In this document: piece by piece, positions 36,475-46,405 of the stretch
How positions within the stretch are numbered: the first letter of the stretch is position 1
Layout of the letters: each line of letters starts with the position of its first letter
IMG/VR virus record: IMGVR_UViG_3300047548_001281
Location: 1 to 56,286 of that record
Origin: a virus
Taxonomy: Duplodnaviria > Caudoviricetes
Reading direction: 5' to 3' (one strand)
DNA: 56,286 nt
The notes under the pieces: generated by a model
What the model was told of the DNA's origin: nothing
Seen by the model: the letters and a program-made list of their open reading frames with translations, nothing else
Database searches by the model: none
Position numbers and translations under genes: made by a program

Positions 36475-39400
36475 TTAGAAGCCTATAGTGTAACTTACAC
36501 CTGCGGATGAAATTCTGACGTTATTAAGGTCACGTTGTACCCAACCTACATTAAAACCAATAGATTGATTTGCAGCGATTGAATAATTCATGCCTAATCC
36601 AACTGCGGCTGATGTATGATTACTACCGATCAAAGGTGAGCTAAAATTACCCATGTCGCTAGATACATTTACACTACCCGCATTGCTTCTCACATTATGT
36701 ATTATACCCAAACTTGTTGAAGCTGACAGTTTATCCAAAAACTTACGTGAAACAGTTACACCTGCTAGTAGGTCTGTTGAAGTTTGTGTAACCGAATCGT
36801 ATGTAAGAGGAAATATCGGTCCTTCTTCAGTAAAGCCATTTACCTTAAAGCGTGAATAACGTACTCCAAAGTATGGGCTGACATTTGTATTCAAACCAAT
36901 TGATTCAGTATACGAAACTCTTGCTTGTACTGCGTCGCCACGAACACCGGTTTTATCAGTACCAATTGTATAATCGCCTGAACCTGTGATAGCAGACAAG
37001 GATGCTCCGAAACCACGGCCATTTTTATTCTGTCTCCAACCAATCACAGCACCCATTGCAGGAGTGTCAGTTGAAAACTTGACAGTGCCAACTGTTGGTT
37101 CTCCCAACAATTTATTACCAAATACACCTACACGCCAATTATCATTGATAGATTTAGCTAGGGTAATACCGGATGAGCCTAGATCACCTGATGAGATTCG
37201 ACTTACACCATAGTTTATACTGGCACAATATCCCATTTTACCGAACATTGTACAATCGCTACCTACCATACCAGTGATACTACCGCTAGCCAAACCATTC
37301 ATGGCATTCATACTAGTTGCTACACCATCAACTTTAGCTTGAACAACTGTGCCATCGGGCATTACCCATAGCTGTACCGAATCAGCAGTATATACTAAAC
37401 GACCACCTGATCCAATCAAACTATCAAATCTACCCACTACACTTCCTGCTGTTAGATAAGTATATTTACCTATAGAAGTTGGAGCATCCAAGATTGTAAT
37501 GTTACCTGCTAATGTAGCTACTCCTGGAATATAAAACTGCTGATTACCATAGATAACAGTAGTACCGTTGGTAGTTTGTGTATAGTTTGAACCCAATGAA
37601 GCAGAATTACTCATAGAAGTCAGATCCAGTGTGCCGCTATTAGTAATACTACTAATAGTACCCGATACAAAGTGTAACGTGCCGTTATTTGTAACACTAC
37701 CCATTGTACCTTCATTTACCGCTACACCACTATTAGTGATGTCACCTGTAACACCAGCAGAACCATTCACAAAAAGACCTTGGTTATCAACTGTTCCTAC
37801 AGTATTATTATTAGTGAAAGTATTTAGATTAGTGCCATTACCCATTGTACCTGAGTTAGTTACTACACCAGTATTAACCCAATCACCAGTTGTACCTGCA
37901 TTGGTAAATTCACCTGAATTAGATACAGCACCAGTTGTACCTGAGTTGTTGAAAGTACCTGAGTTGGTTATGCTATCAGTGATGCCAGTTACATCGTTGA
38001 TAAATGTACCAGTATTATTTACTGTACCAACTACTCCACCATTAGTAAACGTACCATTATTAGTACCATTACCCATAGTACCACTGTTATTTACATTACC
38101 ATCGTTGATCCAGTCACCAGTTGTACCTGCATTAGTAAATGTACCATTATTAGCTACTACACCAGTTGTACCTGAGTTGTTGAAAGTACCTGAGTTAGTT
38201 ACATCACCAGTAGTACCTGTTGCGTTATTAGTAAATGTACCTGTGTTATTCACAGTACCAGTTGTACCTGAGTTGTTGAATGTGTCGTTGTTAGTGCCAT
38301 TACCCATTGTACCTGAGTTATTAACAGTACCATCATTAACCCAATCACCAGTTGTACCACTATTAGTTAGTGTACCAGAATTTGTCACTGATCCCGTAAT
38401 TGTACCGCTGTTGGTAGCAGTACCATTGTTAACTAAACTAGAAATAGTACCAGTTTGGCTATTAGTAAATGAGTTATTATTAGTTACATCACTCGCCGCG
38501 CCATTATTAACAAATGTACCATTATTAGTCACACCACTTGAGCTAGCAATGCTGCCATTATTAGTCAAAGTGGCACCTTGATTAATAGTAGTAGAACCAG
38601 TATAAGTATTAACTTCCGTAAATGTAACACTTCCGCCATTACCACTATTAGCAATAATAACATTACCTGAACCACTGATTACACCGCCAATAGTTGCTGA
38701 ATTACTATTTTGATCGATAGTCATTCCACCTGGTTGTACGTCAAACAATTGAGTCAATGTAGCACCGTCCAACATAAGTTGAATAACACCATTGTTAACT
38801 GTGATATTACCTGAATCCAATACATCAGTGCCTGTTGTAGTGTTTGTTACATTGCTGATTAGTGTTGGTCCGCTATTGTTTGGAGCAAGTGTTCCAGGAT
38901 TAGGGGCTATTGGACCAAATGGTTGTCCATTCTGTAGAGTCGTTCCAATAATTTCATCAACAAAAAGTACAGGATTTAGCATCATATCATCAAGGTTGAA
39001 TACACCAAAACCTAGTATATAGTCACCATCAGATGGTGCAGTAAATGTAGCAGTTTGCCAACCAGTAGCACCATAGGAACCCGTTGAGTAATCTCCTGTT
39101 CCTGGATTAGTAAATCCCAATAAAGCATATTGACTATTATAGTTGTTCAACGTAGCAGTTGTGCTTGGATCACCTACTTTAACTAAAGTAGCGATGGAAC
39201 CATCATTAAATGGAACATAGTCCGTGCTAATATACTGCCAGGCTAAAGTAAATGTTTGACCTGCTGTCAACGTAACAACTCTTGTTGTCCAAGCTGCTGT
39301 AGTTGGCTTGCCTTGACCATTACCAGTAGTTTGTGCTTGATTGACTAACATAGATTGAATCCCACTAATACTATCTTGTGTTAGATTCAAACCATTGACC

Positions 39401-39648
39401 ATTTCACTGAATGTCCCAGTAGTAATAGATAGTTTACCCATATAAGTGCCATATGGGTTGACAGTCCAATTATTGGGGCCAGCCTGTAATGTTTGCGATC
39501 CTACAGCACTGATTCCTTGACCAGTCCAGCCTGTAGTTGTGCTATCTTCGAACCCTAAATTTTGAGCAAATGCTCCACTAGAGGCTAGTGTCATTATTGC
39601 TAATGCGATGGGTTTTAGTGTAGGCAAGAACGTTACGGTTTTTTTCAT
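36475..39648 (-). CDS. autotransporter-like outer membrane protein with beta-helical repeats
   Basis: Signal peptide (AFA|Q), NTYTGSTTINQG passenger motif, N/G/T repeats, C-terminal barrel ending YTIGF. Confidence 0.82.
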   Translation of the reverse strand: MKKTVTFLPTLKPIALAIMTLASSGAFAQNLGFEDSTTTGWTGQGISAVGSQTLQAGPNNWTVNPYGTYMGKLSITTGTFSEMVNGLNLTQDSISGIQSMLVNQAQTTGNGQGKPTTAAWTTRVVTLTAGQTFTLAWQYISTDYVPFNDGSIATLVKVGDPSTTATLNNYNSQYALLGFTNPGTGDYSTGSYGATGWQTATFTAPSDGDYILGFGVFNLDDMMLNPVLFVDEIIGTTLQNGQPFGPIAPNPGTLAPNNSGPTLISNVTNTTTGTDVLDSGNITVNNGVIQLMLDGATLTQLFDVQPGGMTIDQNSNSATIGGVISGSGNVIIANSGNGGSVTFTEVNTYTGSTTINQGATLTNNGSIASSSGVTNNGTFVNNGAASDVTNNNSFTNSQTGTISSLVNNGTATNSGTITGSVTNSGTLTNSGTTGDWVNDGTVNNSGTMGNGTNNDTFNNSGTTGTVNNTGTFTNNATGTTGDVTNSGTFNNSGTTGVVANNGTFTNAGTTGDWINDGNVNNSGTMGNGTNNGTFTNGGVVGTVNNTGTFINDVTGITDSITNSGTFNNSGTTGAVSNSGEFTNAGTTGDWVNTGVVTNSGTMGNGTNLNTFTNNNTVGTVDNQGLFVNGSAGVTGDITNSGVAVNEGTMGSVTNNGTLHFVSGTISSITNSGTLDLTSMSNSASLGSNYTQTTNGTTVIYGNQQFYIPGVATLAGNITILDAPTSIGKYTYLTAGSVVGRFDSLIGSGGRLVYTADSVQLWVMPDGTVVQAKVDGVATSMNAMNGLASGSITGMVGSDCTMFGKMGYCASINYGVSRISSGDLGSSGITLAKSINDNWRVGVFGNKLLGEPTVGTVKFSTDTPAMGAVIGWRQNKNGRGFGASLSAITGSGDYTIGTDKTGVRGDAVQARVSYTESIGLNTNVSPYFGVRYSRFKVNGFTEEGPIFPLTYDSVTQTSTDLLAGVTVSRKFLDKLSASTSLGIIHNVRSNAGSVNVSSDMGNFSSPLIGSNHTSAAVGLGMNYSIAANQSIGFNVGWVQRDLNNVRISSAGVSYTIGF
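37680..38560 (-). repeat. tandem degenerate TNSGTFNNSGTTG-type coding repeats
   Basis: Recurrent CCAGTTGTACCTGAGTTGTTGAA and related units. Confidence 0.85.
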
Positions 39649-39753
39649 TAATTTCTCCTATTTTAAAAAAAGTATCGATACCTTTATAAGGTGCCAATAC
39701 TATAGCATAGTAAATAGGAAAAATAAAACTAATTGGGTATATAAAGTTGTCTA

Positions 39754-40054
39754 TTAAATACCTTTAATTACCATCTTTCCTTCTACACCCACACCGACAA
39801 CACACATTATTTTTTGGTCAAATTGAACGAAGGTAAATGTTTTGGTTTTTTCATTAAAAAAACACCATATAGCCAGATTCCGTAGACGCTTATTTACCCG
39901 TAAATACAGGAACTTCTTTATCCTCAGTTAATTCTTTAATTACAGCCTGAATTGGACCACACACTACAGGTTTGGTAGTTTCAATGATATTATTGGCGTT
40001 GGCTATAGAGCTTGTTAGGCAGAATAGGGGCGCCATTATAATTTTCTTAATCAT
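39754..40054 (-). pseudogene. disrupted paralog of the 36047-36337 secreted protein
   Basis: Same signal peptide; in-frame TAA near 39890 and +1 shift in a T7 run; the repaired frame ends CVVGVG...KGI like its paralog. Confidence 0.78.
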
Positions 40055-40070
40055 TTTGGCCCCTTTAAAA
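40001..40070. repeat. 70-bp exact direct repeat, copy 2
   Basis: Identical to 36284-36353. Confidence 0.92.
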
Positions 40071-40084
40071 CCTTATTTATGCAT

Positions 40085-40696
40085 TTAGTCATCATCCTCA
40101 TCGTCAAGATCAGGGTCATAATCAGCGTCTATGTCTTTTTTGGCTATCTCTTCCCAAAGTTTAGGATCGTCGTATGCTTTGTAGTAATCTTCATTGGCTT
40201 GTAAAATTCTAAACCAAATTTTTGTATCATATTTAAGCATTAGCCAACTTAATTGTTTTTGATCCAACAAATCACAAATAGTATACTTACTACCACAACC
40301 ACCATATATTGTTTTGAATGGGGTATGTTTTATATTTTCTTCTTTAAGAATTTTTTCAAAATTACCATAGAATATAATACGTGTAATGCCTTTTTCTTGA
40401 TTTTTCAATCTCACTCTATCGTGCAAATGCAATACAGAGGCTGTGGCATTATTTTCTGCATCAATAGTAAGTAAACATTCTTTGATTTTGATTGCGCCTT
40501 TTGTATGACTGTTGTCAGGCGTTTCTTTGGTTGAGAAAGGTATTTCACTTGTGAAATGATTTACGTAATACGTTTTACCCTTTGTGGCAATTTTCCACAT
40601 AGGGATAATCGGGTCCTCTAAAAATTTCTTATTAAAAGAAAATACAAGATCCTTGCAAGCAATTTCTATTTTGTTGTTATTAATCTATAGCGACAT
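40085..40696 (-). CDS. hypothetical protein with an in-frame TAG at codon 4 (ORF caller starts at 40600)
   Basis: AAGGAG SD and ATG at 40696, in frame with 40085-40600; ATG TCG CTA TAG ATT...; extension is homologous to the 41500-41613 remnant. Confidence 0.65.
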
Positions 40697-40699
40697 AAT

Positions 40700-41479
40700 T
40701 TACTCCTTTATTTTGATAAGTCTGCCTTTTTTCCAGCCATCTGGAAGTTCTTTTACCATTTTATTATTAATTCCATCGTTTGCCCAAAATTTACCTTTTT
40801 GTGAGGGTGGGAGATTATTATTGGATCTTCCGTATTCCCAGCCATTCGGTAAGATGGAATCTTCCGAAATTAAAGTATTGTTGACACCATCGGTAATCCA
40901 TTTTTCTTTAATACGTGACCGTCTTTTTTCTTGAGCAAGTTTCATATTTTGTTTTGCGAGGTCCGTTTTTGGTTTACGCATTTTTTCGATTGATTCTTTT
41001 TTATGATTCTTGCCCATTTTAGATCGAGACATTTTTTCAATAGTTTCATAACTAAGTTTTTTTCCAGTATTAATTTTACTTAGGTGATCTTTTTGTTGTT
41101 TTGTTTTGGGTATTGATTTTTGGTGCTTATGCTTGCCTTTAGTATTATCACTAATTTTTTTCTTTGTTTCAGCAGAATGAGTCCTTCCTAAGTTAGTGCC
41201 CTTAATGGACCCACCATCTCCTTCTTCAGGTTTTAAATTCGCCCAATCATCATTTTCAACTATATTCCACAGCGTTGAATAGTATTGTCCCCAATATTTT
41301 AATTCTTCTTTGGTTGAACACTCCTTCAAAATTTCTGTGGTAACGTTATATCCATATTTAGCAATGTGAAGTTTCCAATACTTACCGGACCCTTTATAAG
41401 TGCGGGGGTCTTTATTTTTAGTTTGACCTAAGTATTTTTTACCTGTGATATTATGTGTTTTTATATAAAGATAAATCAT
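40700..41479 (-). mobile_element. free-standing GIY-YIG (Seg-like) homing endonuclease with NUMOD3 repeats
   Basis: IYLYIKTH..TGKKYLGQT, YKGSG, HSAETKKKIS, WITDG/WANDG repeats. Confidence 0.82.
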
Positions 41480-41499
41480 TAGCTTCTCCGACTATTTAT

Positions 41500-41613
41500 T
41501 TATCTTTTACCTTTTGCTTTGATGGCCTACATGGGTATAGTAGAATCTTCTAAATGTTTCTTGTTGAAATGGAATACCATTTCTTTACATGCTAGTTCGA
41601 TCTATGAGTTCAT
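41500..41613 (-). pseudogene. displaced 5' fragment of the 40085 gene
   Basis: MNS*IELACKEMVFHFNKKHLEDSTIPM*AIKAKGKR*, with its own ATAAATA and AGGAG. Confidence 0.75.
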
Positions 41614-41838
41614 TTTTATCTCCTAAAAATTTATTTATCTTAACAAATTTTACACACAAAGTAAAGATTACAAACACCCAAATACTTTGGCTAGACAAAG
41701 TATGTCGTGTATAATCTGTGTCTGTTCTATGAATAGCTATTTTATAAGTTATCTAAATGATTAAGTCTGAAGTACATACTATACCCTAGCAGTTATGTAC
41801 ACCAGATGTATCATAGTAAGTAGTATTAATAGTAACAA

Positions 41839-42567
41839 ATGGGGTTGAAGGTGAAAGACAAAAAAATTATTTCATATGTATGTTTCAATAGAAACTTATG
41901 CGATGTTAAGCCATTAGCATCTAAATTAGAAAGTGAGTTGTCTATTATAACACATCCCATAAAAGAGTTGAATGACTTATTTCCCTTATTGGCTGATCCC
42001 ACGTTTCACACAGATTATATCACAATTTATATTGAAGATTTTTTTACAATAAATGGAGTAGATAGTTTTGAAATAATACAAACACTAGATACATTGATAA
42101 AATGTACTGTGTACAGACCTGATAATTTTTCTAAGCCTATAAAGCGCAATACAAAATTAGTAGCAGTGGTATCAAATGACGTACCTGTAGAAACTATAAA
42201 AGAAATACTAGAGTTTGATGCTATCGCATATTTAACCCCTAGTGGAACATTTTCATATGATGAAATAAAAGATAGTGTTCGCAACTTTATTGAAGATGGT
42301 GATCGTGTGCCCGATCCTATCAAGAAACTGTTAAAAGCTAAAAAGATTTCTACAAAGCAGAATAAAGGCATTCAGTTAACCCCCAGACAAAAGCAAATCT
42401 TTGAACTTGTATCTAAACGTGGTGCAAGTAATAAAGTCATAGCTAAAACACTGAACATAAGTGAAAGCACTGTAAAATTGCATATGGGTGCTATATTGAA
42501 GAAATACAATGTTCGTAACAGGACACAATTGGCGGTCTTTAGTAAAAAATCACTTACTGAAGTATAG
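41839..42567 (+). CDS. LuxR/NarL-type HTH transcriptional regulator
   Basis: LTPRQKQIFELV..GASNKVIAKTLNISESTVKLH...NRTQ. Confidence 0.9.
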   Translation: MGLKVKDKKIISYVCFNRNLCDVKPLASKLESELSIITHPIKELNDLFPLLADPTFHTDYITIYIEDFFTINGVDSFEIIQTLDTLIKCTVYRPDNFSKPIKRNTKLVAVVSNDVPVETIKEILEFDAIAYLTPSGTFSYDEIKDSVRNFIEDGDRVPDPIKKLLKAKKISTKQNKGIQLTPRQKQIFELVSKRGASNKVIAKTLNISESTVKLHMGAILKKYNVRNRTQLAVFSKKSLTEV

Positions 42568-42684
42568 CATATACTAAGTACTACAATGCCGTTTTAGTTT
42601 TCCCAGTAAGTATTATTGAAAGATGTGAAATTTAGCGAGGTCGCTGAATTATATGTCTCTTTCATATTTTACTAGGAAAATATT

Positions 42685-43467
42685 ATGGCAGATATTATTA
42701 CAGGTACAACAACAGGTGTTGTTGATACATCTACACTACAAGGCGAACATGCCGACATCCGTCGTGAAGCAGCAGAGCATCGTGCAAGCGTTCTATTAGA
42801 GACAACTAAGGGTTTTGACCGTGTTAACGCTGACGTTCTACGTGGCACAAACGAGACAGTTAAAGAAGGTCTAAAAGAAGCTTTCAACATTCGCGGTGAC
42901 GTTAAAGACGCACGTTATGATGTTTCCGATCGTATCGGTAATTCCGCTGATCGTATCGTTGACAGATTAACAGAACATGACGCAAAAGTTGCTGATCGTT
43001 TCTTTGCAGTAGGTCGTGATACACAAGACATACGTGCTCAAATTGTTGCTCAACAACAGCAAATGGTTGCAGGTTTCCTAGGTGTTTCTAAGGACACAGA
43101 AATTGCTGCACTCAAGACACAAATGGAAATCGCCAAGCAGACAACTTATCTAAGTGATAAGATTGACAATCAGGCAGAAAAAACTCGCGAACTACTTAAC
43201 GATCTAAAGTATCACGATCTAAATCGTGGTCTAGTAGAGCGTAACACAGAGCTAGTAAATTGCGAGCAAGATCGTCGTCGTCATTATGACCGTTGGTTAG
43301 ATGGTCGTTTCGACATGAATCAAGCTCAATTTGCTGGTCAGTGGGCACAACTACAAAGTCAGATTCAAGCTTTCCAAAGCCAACTACAAGAAACTCGTCA
43401 AGGAATGGTTAACTTCGGCACAATGGCTGGGGTTGGTCAGTCAAGCACAAGTAACAATGTAAGATAA
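42685..43467 (+). CDS. coiled-coil hypothetical protein
   Basis: 260-aa ORF with biased codon usage and AGGA SD. Confidence 0.8.
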   Translation: MADIITGTTTGVVDTSTLQGEHADIRREAAEHRASVLLETTKGFDRVNADVLRGTNETVKEGLKEAFNIRGDVKDARYDVSDRIGNSADRIVDRLTEHDAKVADRFFAVGRDTQDIRAQIVAQQQQMVAGFLGVSKDTEIAALKTQMEIAKQTTYLSDKIDNQAEKTRELLNDLKYHDLNRGLVERNTELVNCEQDRRRHYDRWLDGRFDMNQAQFAGQWAQLQSQIQAFQSQLQETRQGMVNFGTMAGVGQSSTSNNVR

Positions 43468-43500
43468 TTTGTAGTTATTAAGTTGTTGTAGTAATGTAGA

Positions 43501-43527
43501 ATGGGCTCTCACAAGGGGCCCATTCTT
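43501..43527 (+). terminator. rho-independent terminator
   Basis: ATGGGCTCT-cacaa-GGGGCCCAT-TCTT. Confidence 0.6.
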
Positions 43528-43547
43528 AAACATATAGGAAAAGTGCC

Positions 43548-44099
43548 ATGGATAGAAAAATTAGTGCTATACATAAAAAAGTAGCTGCATGGAATAGCAG
43601 CAAAACTAACTCAAGAAAACTATGGTCAGAACATGTATTCTATACTCGAAATGTATTGATTAGTATCATTTCTAACCTAGCCGATGTTTCCAGTATTACT
43701 ACTAGATTAATGAAAAATCAAGAAGATATTGGCGAATTTATTCGTCCTTATTATTACGATGAGGATGTAGATCAATTAATTACTTTATTAAAAGAACATA
43801 TTACTCTTGCTGCAACTTTTATAAGTGGTGTGGGTAGCAGTATAGTAGTAGAGGATCAATGGCGAGATAATGCGGCGGCTATAACAGCATTAATGGAAGA
43901 AATGAACCCATATGATTGGGCTGCTATGGATATGCAACCTTTATGGACTATGCATATAGATCATATTATAGCTCAAAATACTGCCAGAAGAAGTTCTAAT
44001 TGGGCCGCAGATATCGTTGCTGTGGACGAAAATTACAATACTGCATTAGAAATCGCTGATAAGTTTGCAGCAGGTGCAAACTATTACTATTGTTATTAA
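43548..44099 (+). CDS. helical-bundle protein (LW.EHV.YTR family)
   Basis: [30 protein letters not shown] motifs; several His. Confidence 0.7.
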   Translation: MDRKISAIHKKVAAWNSSKTNSRKLWSEHVFYTRNVLISIISNLADVSSITTRLMKNQEDIGEFIRPYYYDEDVDQLITLLKEHITLAATFISGVGSSIVVEDQWRDNAAAITALMEEMNPYDWAAMDMQPLWTMHIDHIIAQNTARRSSNWAADIVAVDENYNTALEIADKFAAGANYYYCY

Positions 44100-44110
44100 A
44101 GGATTCTAAA

Positions 44111-44788
44111 ATGGATAGTTTAGAGCGAAGATTAGTAGAGTTAAACGCAGCACTGTTAAAATTAAATGCGGGTGAAAAGGTAGACCCTAAATATTTTGAA
44201 CAGGCTAGACAAGTATTGGCTGGTGGATCTTTCCCCATTGATACGGGTCCAGGTAATGACACAGTAATAATAAATCAAGGAGCAAAAAATGACTGCGAAT
44301 GCCCCCCAGGACCGCCCGGTCCGCAAGGAGAGCCTGGTCCGCCAGGTCCTCAAGGTGAGCCTGGACCTCCAGGACCGCCTGGAGAAACTGGAGAAGCAGG
44401 TCCGCCAGGACCACCAGGTCCGCCTGGACCGATTGGAGAACAAGGCCCTCAAGGAGAACCAGGCCCTCCAGGACCTCCTGGTCCGCCTGGAGAGTGTACT
44501 TGTAAATGCAAAGCAATTCTGGTATCACAAGACTACATTGTTACGATGGATGATCGTTATGTTGGTGTTAATAGTACTGGACCGGTTTATATCACACTCC
44601 CCGGAGATTGTAAAGATTGTGACCAGCTTATTATAAAGGCTGAAATGGGTCCACCTTTAGGTAACCGTAAAGTAATTATTTTAGCGGCTGAAGGTCAAAC
44701 TATTGACGATGAAGAAGAGTATGTTATGGAAGTCCCTTATCAATCTGTTCATTTGATATGTAGGGGCGGTAATTGGCACATAATTTAA
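44111..44788 (+). CDS. collagen-like repeat protein
   Basis: About 20 Gly-X-Y triplets (GPP/GPQ/GEP) flanked by Cys clusters; C-terminal beta domain. Confidence 0.88.
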   Translation: MDSLERRLVELNAALLKLNAGEKVDPKYFEQARQVLAGGSFPIDTGPGNDTVIINQGAKNDCECPPGPPGPQGEPGPPGPQGEPGPPGPPGETGEAGPPGPPGPPGPIGEQGPQGEPGPPGPPGPPGECTCKCKAILVSQDYIVTMDDRYVGVNSTGPVYITLPGDCKDCDQLIIKAEMGPPLGNRKVIILAAEGQTIDDEEEYVMEVPYQSVHLICRGGNWHII

Positions 44789-44797
44789 GGATAAATC

Positions 44798-44980
44798 ATG
44801 TTTTCAAAATACTATAACAATAGGTGGTACTATCCCCAATTTGATTATTATCATAGAAACTATTATGACTATAGGCAGCAAATAATTAATAGTCAAATTA
44901 ATAATACTCAACAAAGCATAGTAAATTTTGGTTACCAACAAAATGTTAATCAAACATCTAACAATTATAACATAAGATAA
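44798..44980 (+). CDS. small Y/N/Q-rich protein
   Basis: AAGGA SD; low-complexity 60-aa ORF filling an operon gap. Confidence 0.55.
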   Translation: MFSKYYNNRWYYPQFDYYHRNYYDYRQQIINSQINNTQQSIVNFGYQQNVNQTSNNYNIR

Positions 44981-44990
44981 AGGAGTAAGT

Positions 44991-45620
44991 ATGTCATATT
45001 TAAGTAATCCAGCTTCGTCAGTTGAATTTGGTGTCGTCACAGTAGGCGCAAATATCAATGTGTTAGACGGCTTAATATCTATTGAGCAAAGTGTATCACC
45101 TAATGCCAATATAACTTTTGGCAATGCCAATATCACTGGCAATTTACTAGCTGGTGGAAATTTAGTAATAACTAGTGTAGTTCCCAGTGTGGGTTTAGGT
45201 TTAGCTTTAAGTAATGTTAATACTGGTGGAACAACTGCGTCTTTCAGTATTACTAATACTGGTGTCTTACAAGTACTAGCTGGACCCGGTATAAGTATTA
45301 GTAATGGCACAGGTAATGTAACTATATCTGCTACAGGCGCAGACTTGATAGCAGTATATGGTACAACCACAAACTACACAGCTACTGCCAACGATGAGTA
45401 CATTGGCGTCAGTAGCGCGAGTGCTATCACTATAACATTACCTACAGGTATACCAGGTCGTGTTTATACTATTAAAGATGAGTTTGGTCAGAGTAGTGGT
45501 AAGATAACTATACAACCTCAGATTGGTGAGTTAGTTGATGGTAAGGCTAACTACGTCATCAGCATACCTTATCAAAGTGTCAGCATAGTGTTCAGGAGCA
45601 CAGGATGGTGGATCATCTAA
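44991..45620 (+). CDS. fibre-like protein sharing its C-terminal domain with the collagen protein
   Basis: Both have D.Y.GV.S....ITLP...IK.E.G and end PYQSV.....W.II. Confidence 0.75.
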   Translation: MSYLSNPASSVEFGVVTVGANINVLDGLISIEQSVSPNANITFGNANITGNLLAGGNLVITSVVPSVGLGLALSNVNTGGTTASFSITNTGVLQVLAGPGISISNGTGNVTISATGADLIAVYGTTTNYTATANDEYIGVSSASAITITLPTGIPGRVYTIKDEFGQSSGKITIQPQIGELVDGKANYVISIPYQSVSIVFRSTGWWII

Positions 45621-46405
45621 AATTTCGTGGCGTAATCAATATGGTTAAGCCCAGCAAACCTGACTCAAGGGACTATAGATATCAGATAAAAAAGATATCA
45701 TTAAGACCTGAAGTTAATTTGCGAGAATTCGATAGTTTAGTAGAAGATCAAGGGGAATTAGGTAGTTGCGTGGGTAACGCAATTACCAATTCCTATGAGT
45801 TATTAGTCAAGCAATCATATCCTGATTACTTTGTAGAATTAAGCAGATTGTTTGTTTATTACAATGCCCGTATGATAGAAGGCACTGTCAATGAAGATTC
45901 TGGTGTTTATGAGATAAGAAACGCGCTAAAAGGCGTCAAAGAATATGGTATCTGTAAGGAAGAATTATGGCCTTATGATCCCGCAAAAGTAAATGTCAAA
46001 CCTCCCGATGAATGCTATGTTGAAGGTAGGCCAAGGACTATATCAAGCTATACTTCGCTATCTACTATAGGAGAAATGTTGGAAGTATTGAACTTAGGTA
46101 AGCCCGTAGTCATTGGCATGGATGTTTATTTGAGCTTTATGTATGTAAATAAAAGTAATCCTGTAGTTTCAATGCCCAACAGCGGGGACGCTTATGTAGG
46201 TGGACATAGTGTAAATCTTATGGGATATAATATAGAAAAATCTTGGTTTATTGCAAAGAATAGTTTTGGATCTGATTGGGGCGAAAATGGATATTGTTAT
46301 ATTCCATTTGCTTACGTTGAACAGTATGTTTTTGAAAAGTGGATATTTGATATCGTAGATCCCAAAACTACCATGTTAGTAGATGGTGCGCCTGGTGGGG
46401 ATTGA
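45605..46405 (+). CDS. papain-like cysteine peptidase (C1)
   Basis: DQGELGSCVGNA, SRLFVYYNAR, GGHSV, KNSFGSDWGENGY. Confidence 0.9.
   Translation: MVDHLKFRGVINMVKPSKPDSRDYRYQIKKISLRPEVNLREFDSLVEDQGELGSCVGNAITNSYELLVKQSYPDYFVELSRLFVYYNARMIEGTVNEDSGVYEIRNALKGVKEYGICKEELWPYDPAKVNVKPPDECYVEGRPRTISSYTSLSTIGEMLEVLNLGKPVVIGMDVYLSFMYVNKSNPVVSMPNSGDAYVGGHSVNLMGYNIEKSWFIAKNSFGSDWGENGYCYIPFAYVEQYVFEKWIFDIVDPKTTMLVDGAPGGD

Noticed and set aside
37680-38560. Possible CRISPR array or DGR repeat pair
   Set aside because: The repeats are in-frame, degenerate coding units without unique spacers; no cas or reverse transcriptase gene is in the window.
37631-38581. 316-aa plus-strand ORF and other antisense ORFs such as 7188-7712, 28110-28709, 33665-34378 and 44804-45370
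   Set aside because: Shadow frames of well-supported genes on the opposite strand, caused by repeats or codon bias; no recognisable motifs.
44300-44490. GC-rich repeat as foreign or eukaryotic DNA
   Set aside because: Fully explained by Gly-Pro-X collagen codons.
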